Positions 51,621 to 61,445 of a stretch of 64,000 nucleotides of DNA are shown piece after piece (positions within the stretch are counted from its first letter, which is position 1; every line of letters starts with the position of its first letter). The DNA lies in the NCBI GenBank assembly GCA_046563655.1, contig CM102285.1, positions 14,570,001 to 14,634,000 of the forward strand. Reading direction: 5' to 3'. A program made the position numbers and the translations under genes. This DNA is from Yuukianura sp. NJ FZ-2021 (taxonomy: Eukaryota). Under the pieces are notes generated by a model. It saw nothing but the letters and a program-made list of their open reading frames with translations. It was not told the DNA's origin and did no database searches.

Positions 51621-52035
51621 AAATCCAACTCTCCAATTTTTTTTCCTTTTGCGCGTTCTTTGCGTTCCAAAAATGATGAGCAAAGAAGACATCCGTTCAT
51701 TAGCCGTGTTTTCGTCGCTCTAAGACAATTTTCGAGAAAAAATCTAAACAATTCAAACGCAATAACAACCTTCAAGCGCCAAAAAAAACTGAAAAGCGAA
51801 GAAACTGATTACTCATAATTGGAAATTTAAAAAATTCAAACACTGTCTCGCTTCTCGTTTTCAAGTGAAGCACAAACACCTATTTAAGCCAACTTTTCTT
51901 TTTTTCAAAAAAGCTTGGGAAACGAAAATCACCTGTACACCGTTTAGCATCTTGCGCCCAATTTCCAGTGCAATACAGAACCAAAACCTGTATTTTACAA
52001 AAACACTTTTGAGAAGCCAATAAAGCTTAAAAATC

Positions 52036-53890
52036 ATGAAGTTTGAGCATCGAGCTGGCAAGAGGCTGCAGAGGGTGAAGCAGTTTGGTCAGGAGGTCAC
52101 TTCTTCCAGTGGAATTTCAATGTTGACCAAACGGAGTCAAAGTTACATTGCTTTCATCTTCCAACAAGCGACGACCTTGAGAATCATCCCCTTTCGGTGG
52201 AAAGTCAAACAGAAAGTGCTTACTCCAGTGTACGGATGGGATGCTGTTCCAGCATCAGTACTTTTGGCGCTGATTATGTCCAATACGCTCTACTTGGCTC
52301 TTCGACTGCACCAGTATCGAAAGGCTGCGATGTTGTCGGCAGTGTCAAGGTCATTCCACGTTGGGCTCCTATTGGCTGCCTTTCTAGCTTCACTTTTTGG
52401 CTATAACAATTTCAAAAGAAGAACGGAAATTGCTAACTATTTTAACACATTTTTTCGCCAACTTGAGGTTTTAGAAGGTAAGGTGCGACGTTTGACCTTT
52501 GACCTAGGCTAACGTTTTCTGTGTTGCAGCACAATTTCTGGTAGAAAACTACGTACCGCGGGTGAATTCGTGTGAACTGATGCTCCAGTGCTTCACGGTT
52601 ATGCCGTTCGTGCAAGGTTTCGCTGGAATTTTTATCTACGTTCTACATTACAGGTTAGACTTAAATAGCGAAAGCTACTTTATGATTTAATCTGGGTCTG
52701 CCTGTGTGTCTGTCCGACCGTCAGCGGGTCAACACTCCCGGGATCTGTTTTCACTGTTGAACACTTAATGAAATGACACAGGCATACCCACTATTGACTA
52801 TCATTCCTGCGGGTCAAAGGTCAGGGTCAACGGGTTTCATTCCCAGTAACATGAAATTGAAATATGTCTTTACAAAAGTTGTTCGTTCTGGCACAAAGGT
52901 CAACGTTTCATCTTTTTTACAGTTTTTATAACTATAGTCCACTATGGCTCATCGTAGTGTGTCGATTGCTAATACAGCAACATCTTTCGCTACTTTAGTA
53001 CACTCGGCATTAAGACATTAAGACCGGATTTATTATACTGAAATAGATTTTATTAACTTTATTTAATATATTTTATTTTAATTTTAATTAACATTTAATT
53101 GTCTTTTAGAGAACCGCGCTACATGTTTTACGTATTTCGTGATATCCTGCCTTCTTGGTGTCTCGTATTTTTCCTAGCTCTGGAGTACATTATATACGTC
53201 AGTTACTGGTTCACAGTGCTCGTCGCAGTTTGCGCCATGTTCACATTCTGGTACGGAACTGCCTACTGGCTCAAGGAAATGAGGTCAGAGGTCAACATAA
53301 ACTAAATGTTCGGCTTACACCTAAAAACTTAGGTTATTTCATACACTACATTGCTCAACTCTGTTTTTTTTTCTAGATGCCCAAACCCGGAATCGGCAAG
53401 AAAAGGAGCTACGCGGGAGACGCTTGGGCAGTTACGCGAACCGGCCACTTCTCTGAACATTTATGGTAGTTTGACGATAATAGGCAAGTTGTTTCGTGAT
53501 GCCATGAGTCCATTGGTCCTCCCAGTGGCCCAGTTCTTCATCATCCTCCTTCCGACATCCACCAACTACATACTCATCCGACACCATCACACCATGAATC
53601 CCTTCATCACACTTTGTCTCTTGTCACTGGCACTCGCTTGCATGGCAATCTGTGTCTTTGCGTATCCCGTGGCAGCCCACATTCACTCCTTCTCTATAGC
53701 CTTCATCTCTGCCTTTAAGAAAACACACGTCGCAGTGACCTTGACCCCTCGCCAGAAGAAGAAAGTGAGGTCATGCAGACCCCTTAAGGTCCAAGTGGGC
53801 AATCTCATGTTCATCCGCCCTTTTACGGTACTCAAACTCATCAACTCAATCATCTACTGGACAATGCGATCTCTACTCATCTTCAAATAG
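52036..53890 (+). CDS. Divergent 7TM chemoreceptor 3
   Basis: Intact tandem paralog with the same exon structure. Confidence 0.75.
52661..53035 (+). mobile_element. Non-autonomous Helentron/DINE-1-like element (longest copy of a dispersed family)
   Basis: 5' tagcgaaagcta hairpin/subTIR followed by a (CTGT)n-like tract; inverted subTIR ctttcgctact at 52984-52994. 5'-only copies at 10745, 12225, 13876, ~47575-47770 and ~50240-50370. Confidence 0.55.
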
Positions 53891-54224
53891 TCTTAAATTT
53901 ACCTCGAATTTCCAAAAATTAAGTTGCATTTCCAAAATTCTCATTGTCGAAATTGAAAAAAAAATTAACCTAAAAAGTAATATTTTGATTTGTCTACTTA
54001 TGCCTTAAGTAAAATTTGGATTCCTCCAATTACACCGTATCCATTCACCTCACTCACTCAGTTGCCGGAAAATTTGAAAACAAACTCTTTCAAATATCCT
54101 TGGAAAAGTACAGCGATTATTTTGTACTATAAGTTGAGATTCACAATTTTTTCACTTTAACTAACTAACATAAAATATCAAAAATTCAAGTATTTTCTTC
54201 ACACATTCAAAATTTAGCAATTCT

Positions 54225-54375
54225 CAGTATTTGAAACAGATTTCCTGAAATTCTCGATTTAATAAAATAGTTTCGACACAATATCCGAGATTGTGGAAGA
54301 GTGGCGGACAGAAGACAAGCTCTTACTTTCATTCATGAGATTTCAATTATACAGACATTTGACCTTTAACCTTCG
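54225..54375 (+). pseudogene. Degenerate copy of SEC14-like exon 2
   Basis: aaaatagtttcgacacaatatccgagatt...ggaagagtggcggacagaaga...cttactttc resembles 44559-44630. Confidence 0.65.
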
Positions 54376-54812
54376 AAACTAGTGTAATGTTAACAAAATC
54401 AATATTTCGGGGATTTTCGTCACTAAATTTTTATTTATTTTCCCATGCCCTTAATGTTAAGTTCGTAAATATTTCGAGCTTTTTCAGTAAACATTGTATT
54501 TATTTAAATATTTCACTTGTTTTTTAGTAAAAATATATTTGTCAAGTCTGGCTCATTTGTGAATTTTTCACTAAACATTCGTCCAGTTTTAACGAAAACC
54601 CCTTTTAAAAAGAATTTGGAATTAGGAATTTTAGACTTCTCGAGTCCGATTTCAAAGTTTGAAAAGCCTTAAGGCGTTTCATCCCTTTCGAGTTGTATTT
54701 TTGTTCAAGCGCATCAAATACATATTCACATTTCAAGCAAACAGCCCTTTCAGTCTTCCTCCAGTTTTCGTTTCTGCAGTTTCAAAATTCAAATTTGAAA
54801 TTCAAAGTAAAA

Positions 54813-55141
54813 ATGATCAGCCCCGAGGTAAAGTGAATAAGCCTACAGTTTTCAAGAACTGAGTCTTTTAAATATTTAAAAACTTATTAAATATTTAAGA
54901 CTAATGAAATTTGGAAACTGTTTTTATTACGATTTAGGCACAGGCGGCAAAGGACCTTCAGGAAGCCAAAGTCGCCGGTCACTTGAGCAATTTAACAAAA
55001 AACCAACTCGACCTAAAATATGATGATTTGGCGGGCAAAATTAACGATTTGGAGGAAAAAATTGAAGATTTGAAGACGCTAATCGAACCATTGGAGCGCG
55101 AAAAGTATCAAATTTTATTAGAATATATTAGACGCAAGTAA
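54813..55141 (+). CDS. Small orphan coiled-coil protein (72 aa)
   Basis: Exons 54813-54827 and 54938-55141, in phase 0: MISPEAQAAKDLQEAKVAGHLSNLTKNQLDLKYDDLAGKINDLEEKIEDLKTLIEPLEREKYQILLEYIRRK*. AATAAA at 55147. Confidence 0.6.
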
Positions 55142-55580
55142 TCAAAAATAAAGTTCCATCATGTCAATCGCCGCACATTTTCAACCCAACCCTAAAAAGC
55201 TTTTCCTTTTTCCAAAATTTTATCTGACTACTTCATTTTTAGAACAATATTTTTCCGAACTCATGTAAACGTAATTATATAATTATCCGTTTCCACAGTG
55301 ACGACTTTTAAGTTAAGTCCAAACAAAGACACAGTAAAAAACTCATCAACATTGTTTCAACTCCTGTACAGCAAAATTCGAATTCGAAGACCTTCAGTTT
55401 CTTTAAAATTTCAATTTTTCAAAATCCGTCAAGGTACGATACCGATACCGATACGGACTCTTGACGGTACTGTAGAACGTTGAACACGGGTATGGTGAGT
55501 AACCCCTCCTCAATTCCCCAAGTCTTTAAATCACGTTTTTGACAAATTTTGAACTTTTTACAAAATTTTTAAAAAATTAG

Positions 55581-57638
55581 ATGGAAAAGGAACGAATTAC
55601 AACGATGAAGCAGTTACCATTCAACTTGGGTGTGAAGTGCCTGGAACAAAGTGTCGTCGAAGTGGATGTCGCCATTCGGGATTTCTCGGTTTCTTCCGGA
55701 ACTTCGTCGCTTACGAGTTTGTACTCTTGGAAGTTCCCTCATCTCAAGCTGGACAAGGTCGAAGTGACCTCGATCGTGAGGAATTTGCGAGGTCAAGGAC
55801 TGCCCAGCGACGTGCACTACTTGCACTTAGCTGAACTCCTCATAGATCGCCTCTACTTTTCCATCCTGTCTTCAATTCGGTTCATTTCGATGTTGACGAG
55901 TGTCGCCAGTGACGGGCTGTCGGATTCCTCCCGGCGACCGACGGTCGGAGACGGCGACTTTTTGAGTCTCAGTGTCATCAATCCACTTTGGTCGGACTCT
56001 AAAGTGTTCAACACAAACATGGCTTTGGTGGTTAGACATTTGCACAACCTGCTCTGTGACCTTGAGGAAACGATTCACTGGAATGTGTCCAAACTTCGCA
56101 AAATGGAACTCACTTCAACCGGATCCGACGACATGAGTGGCAAGTTCAAATTAGTAAAATTATATTCAGGATTTGAGAGCAAAAAGGCACTGTAACTGGG
56201 TAGCGTAATGATGAGAGCGATTGCCGCAGCACAGTAAGATGTAGGTTCGAATCCCACACCAGCCACGTATTTTTCCTCTCCCATTCTTGCAATATACAGT
56301 CGGTGCAAACCTACTGTGCATCGATTTCAGGTTAAAAAGCAGAATTTGAGAGTAGAAAAGTACTGTAACTGGGTAGCTCAATGGTGAGAGGGATAACCCT
56401 GGAATGGTAACACATGGGTTCGAATCCCACTCCAGCCACTTATTTTTTTTCTTTCTTTCTTGCAATTATACTGTGCATCGATTTCAGATTTTTTTAATGA
56501 AATTTTTAGTTTGACCATGACTTTTTCAGATTCTGGATCCTCATCGCTTTCAAAACCGAGACAGAGGTCATGCGTAACACAAACAGAGATTACAAGTATC
56601 GAATGCTGTGAAATTTGCAGTTTGTGTCAAGAAGCGATCAAAAGTGTTGGTGAAAAGTTGGAATCCGTTTTGACTTCGATTGCACCCAAAGATGTTTCGG
56701 CAATCGCCACAGCACGAATTGACATCACGAAAAATCTGTTTTCTAGCAGTCAGTGGAGTGCCGTTACACGATGGTGTGAAGCGCTGGGAATCGACGCTGA
56801 AGCGATTGCTTGCCATACTCGTGAGTTTCAGCGTCGAACGACCGAAATGGAAACCGAACTGAAGAAAACTTGTCACCAGCTCAACACGAACAGTCGTGAT
56901 CATCAACTTGCAGTTCAAAAGTTAGAGCGCAAATGCTCTACACTGGACAGTCAACTTCAGTTGAGAAAAAAAGAAAAGCAAGAAGCGACTGAACTGCAGC
57001 GATTTCTGGAAGATAAGGCCGCTACACTGGAGCGAACCGTGACGAAACTGGAAGATGACCTGGCCACGGTCACTGGTCAAAAAGAGACGCTGGAACAGAC
57101 GCTGAAATCGCTGGAGAAGACACATCAGGAACTCAAGTACTCTCAGACGACACATAGCCAGACACTGCGCAGAATCCAGCAGGATCTTCTGGAGGAACAA
57201 AAGTACAAAGAAACTGTGCAGAACAATATCGTGGCCTTGGAGACGTCAAACCGAAAGTACCGTTTGGAAATTGCCAAACTCCGGTCGGATCTTGGAGTCG
57301 GTTCGACCGAAAGAACGAAACTGGAGAAAGAGCTTGCCGAGGTCAAAGGTCAACTGAGCAAGGTCACCGAAGAGAATCTGAAAACAAAAGAAGCTGAATT
57401 TGAGACACTCAAAAAAGAGTTGAAACTGGCTGAACAGAAAATTGAACTACTTACACTCTACCCAGACTTGAATGGACCAATCAACACGCCCGAATCGGAG
57501 AATGAAGATGTTGTTCAAACAATGGAAAAACAACTGCAGGGAAACACAATGAGAGTCCAAGTACTGCTTCAACAAAGTGAAAAGTTGGCGGCAACGCTCA
57601 AAAAACTAAAAAAACAGAAAAAATCAAACCAAAGTTAA
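55581..57638 (+). CDS. CCDC157: Coiled-coil domain-containing protein 157-like
   Basis: YSWKFP...LAELLIDRL N-terminal motif, TQT..C..C..C, long coiled coil, LLTLYPDL...MEKQLQGN. Possible extra ATG-only exon at 55492-55494. Confidence 0.75.
56194..56265 (+). pseudogene. tRNA-like sequence, copy 1 (degenerate; SINE head or pseudo-tRNA)
   Basis: A-box-like tagcgtaatgatg, B-box ggttcgaatccc, 3' ccagcca, then a T-run. Confidence 0.6.
56367..56438 (+). pseudogene. tRNA-like sequence, copy 2 (loop CTGGAAT, nominal anticodon GGA)
   Basis: A-box tagctcaatgg, T-arm tgggttcgaatccca, imperfect stems, poly-T downstream. Confidence 0.65.
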
Positions 57639-57889
57639 AAAATTCCAAACAAAAATTTCGAAACGCTAAAACTAGTTTAAATTTCAAATCAAAACCATAA
57701 TAATTTTATTTTACCTCTGTGTTCCAATTAAATTGTAGTTGTGGGATCAAATACTGGAGAGGTCATGATTTTTTCTTCTTCGAGGCTTCCCATGTTCCGA
57801 TAAAGTTTAATTGATTCAAACATAACAGTAATTACAGAAGTTAAAAACAATTAATCAAAGGTTAAAAGTTAACTTTGAGTTAACCTAAG

Positions 57890-60330
57890 TTATTGCCAGC
57901 GGTACATGCCACGTTTCCCTTCCAGCATTTGTTGTATCGTATCACAGTTGTCACTTGTGCAAAATACTTCCAAAATTTCTTTTTTGAGGCCACAGTCGCT
58001 CAAATTTTGGAGGTCAAAGGCACTCGGTTTCTCCCGTCGTTGTTCTCGATTCATATTTCTAAAAAAAATTACAGAATTTCAATTTTGATGTAACTTTGTT
58101 TAGTTGTTGTTCAATAGGGAGTTTGCATTATAAACAAATTATAGAAATTATGGAATTTATGGCATAATTTCCATAACTGAATAAAGTTTAAGAAGTGACG
58201 TTACAGGTCGGAATCAGCCAATACCAGAAGAGTTTACAAAACGGGTGGCAACTGGCAAGCCGAGGTGGGGCTTTCTAAATACTATAATTTCCATAATTTT
58301 TATAATTTCTATGATAATTCATATTTTCTATAATATTCATAATTTCTATAATTTATTTATAAGGCAAATGTCAAGTTTTTGAACTTACGCGTAGACATTG
58401 AAAGGCACCGTTGGTTCGATCGTCTTGACCTTAATTTTATAACTCTTGACAGTTTTGTTGAGCAGAGAAGTGAGCATGTGCAGAACGTGCGGTAAAATTG
58501 GTCCTTTCATTTCAATCGAATGTAGCGTCAGTTTTTCTTGTTTGATGCTCCGCTGTTGAACCTGCAAGGTAAATGACTTTGGGTCATGTGATTTCGTTGT
58601 CAAGTTTTACATTTTAAACGAATTTCATGTATTCTTACTTGTAATGTCTTCAACGTCGCACCGTGAAACGCCACTGGACTGAGAATAGTTGCTGGCAGTC
58701 CGGCAAAGGGACCTCCGTTTCCGACAGTCAGCGATTTGTCACTAACGAGCAGCGTAAAAAACGGAACTGAATCGCTGCCAGCGATGAGAAGGAGGCTCAG
58801 AGACTTTGAGTCCTTGGGGAGTCGGTACTGCGCAGAAGTAGGAGGAGACACCTTGGAATTGGACGTTTTATGTTCGTCGTCGTCAAAATCGCTGTCTTCA
58901 GTCAGTCTATCGTCATCTTCGTCTTCCAGGTCAACGGTACCTTGCGGTCGGGAGTACGGCAGTGTAAAATTGATGTCTAAAAACGTAAAATTTTGAAAAA
59001 AAGTTGGAAATTTTGAAAAAGTGATTGGAAATACTATGTTGAACACTGATTTTACTCTTTGTACGAAGAAGTTCTAGGAAGGATCGGTTGGTCGGTGTGA
59101 TGTAAATCTGGATCTGTTCGTCGCCTTGTGTTCCAGCTGAGCAGAACAAACAAGTAAAAGTGTTCGTACAAACGTAAAAAAATGGACACTGTCTTGCTTT
59201 GAGAAGATGAAATGCAGAACGAACAGCCTCCACCCTGAAAATTTCATAATTTCAGTTTACCATTTTTGAATTTTTTTGAAATTTTGCATTTTGGATGTCA
59301 GCTGTTTTTACCATTCTGAATACATAGAGTCAAGCAGTCGTTGATCGAACCGAATCGGCGGAAGTTTAGTTCCATTTGGCTTCACGGCAGCGATTGGTTT
59401 GACAGCTTCTCTCGGGACCATACTTAGTCCAGGAACTGACGGATGCTGCCAGTACAAACAGCATTGATGAAACTGAGCTCCTAGAGAAGTATCCAGTTGG
59501 GAACTGGACGCAGAGGGGTGTTGTGAATTATTATCAGGTGGTTCAATGTCAATACATCTCACAAAGGCTGAGATTCCAGAAGACTCTTCCGACGTTTTCA
59601 AATCGTTAGTCCAGCCGTAGGAATTTGGTGATATAACGCTGATTCCAGCTTTGAGTGACCAGTCCAGACAAAGAGAGTTACGCCATCCAGGTCCTCCTTC
59701 AGCAGGAGACAGCAAGTCGTTCAAAGGGATCCGTTTTCCAGAAAATGATTTGGATTTGAGTGAAAACGAGGGTGAGAGAGGAAGGCGTCTGGGCACAAGA
59801 GTTCTTCGTCCATCTTTAGAAGGTGACGGTGACCCACCGGAGGTCATGAAGGTCTTGAGTGGACTCATGACATAATCGGAGGTCAAGGGCACTTGTGATG
59901 ATGAGTCTCCAGTTGTCATGACCTTTGTCGGAGAAGAGTGTACTGGAATAGTAAATTTTGCTGGAGAAGAGAGTAGTCGAGAAAAACTAAGGGCTGAACT
60001 GGGTATGCCTTCTCCAGGAATCGGACGAAGGCCGAGTAAATCCATAAGTGTGGAGTCATCACCACAACTGGAAGTATCAGAAGGAGTAATGTTGGCTGGA
60101 AGTGATTTGCGTGATTTGGTTTGTTTCAGTTTCTTCGGCGGAGTATCGAACCTAATAATCATACAAAAAAAAATTAGACTTTGGTCCACCCACTACAAAC
60201 AGTAATAAGAAACGTTTGCTCAATTTTACTCGAATAATCGATCTTGCAAGGCTCTCTTCTGAATCTGAAACTTCCTAATTTTATGGACTGTATTGGGCCT
60301 CTTCCATGGACTGTCGACAGTTTCATCCAT
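57890..60330 (-). CDS. DONSON: Downstream neighbor of SON / humpty dumpty replication factor
   Basis: PWKRP...KRALQ, LCLDWSLK, LYWQHPSVP, QCPFFYVC, GLPATILSPVAFHGATL, GPILPH, QNLSDCGL. Confidence 0.92.
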
Positions 60331-61019
60331 TTTGCCCTTTTGGGTTTAAATCTCGAAGTATCAAAGTTTGAAAAAAGTGAATCAATCGCTTATTCCGTAT
60401 TCTCCTGAACAGTCTGGTTCGTTGTCAAAAAGGTTTCGCCGTCCGTTGACGTGTGTGTGAACTTCCCCGCCGACTCATCCGTCTTTCGTTAGTACTACCA
60501 TAATCGGATCTAACAATAACAAAGTAATTTATACAGCTAGAATTGACAATTTTTAGTAACTCGTAATTAATTTCAAGTATTTACCTAACGTAAATGTCAT
60601 TGACAGTAAACAAGCACACGACAGTGACACGGACGAAGATTACATCTTCTTATGTTCTGGAAGATAAAGATACGAATGACGATTAATTTAAACATACAAA
60701 TGTATACAAACATGATTTTTCTTTGTAAACGGAAACGATACTTACTCGATCGATTAATCAACGGTGCTTGATTAATTTAATTAGATTAGGCCCCAGAACA
60801 CATGGCAGCACAGCATGAAAGGCAAATGAGAATTGACGGGAACGAAGCGCGCGCGGGGGCCAGCATAACATTAAAAGAAATTCTCTGAAAAAAAAAACAA
60901 AAAAAATTTTTTTTTCAGAAGAAACAGGTTTTCTCCCTTTTGTTTACCTTTTAAAATTTTTGTATTCCCACAGGAAGTCCAGCAGCATGTATTGACCGTT
61001 TGCAGCGATTAGTAATTCG

Positions 61020-61445
61020 ATGGCCGATAAAGAAGACAGCACAGACTTGAGCACCGAAACCGATATCCAGGTTGGACCAATTGATTGGAACCAAGAGGCT
61101 GAAGCAGTCGTCAACGACATCAGTTCCTGTGTCACTTCAGCTTGTCGAAGTGTCGCCGTCCCTGGACAGTCCAGCGGAGCTTATTTAAATATTGAAACGC
61201 TCGAACATCTTTCAGTAACAGTCAGGCTTAATTCGTCTGGATTTACCGTCGTGGGGAACAAGTTTGACGATAATTCATTGGAATCCTCTGAAGAGTCAGA
61301 AATCGATCAAAAAACGTTTGAAACGCCATACGCTCTGCTCCAGTCTATAAGTCCCCAGTACTCTGCCAGTTTCGGGGGTCAACTGCATCGGAAACTGTCA
61401 GCACTTGCCCAAGAGCAGGACCAAGATGGCGACCGGCGAAACTGA
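61020..61445 (+). CDS. GSKIP: GSK3B-interacting protein (DUF727)
   Basis: Single ORF: EAEAVVNDI, AYLNIETLE, GFTVVG, FETPYALLQSISPQYSASFG...KLSAL. Confidence 0.9.
   Translation: MADKEDSTDLSTETDIQVGPIDWNQEAEAVVNDISSCVTSACRSVAVPGQSSGAYLNIETLEHLSVTVRLNSSGFTVVGNKFDDNSLESSEESEIDQKTFETPYALLQSISPQYSASFGGQLHRKLSALAQEQDQDGDRRN

Noticed and set aside
51438..51818. Repetitive ORFs FRHFRIFHF / SEMSEKVKN
   Set aside because: Translation of a 27-bp tandem repeat.
58200..58275. Possible alternative terminal exon in the last DONSON intron
   Set aside because: It gives an early stop and resembles a transposon end (gttgcca); the downstream exon supplies the conserved C-terminus.
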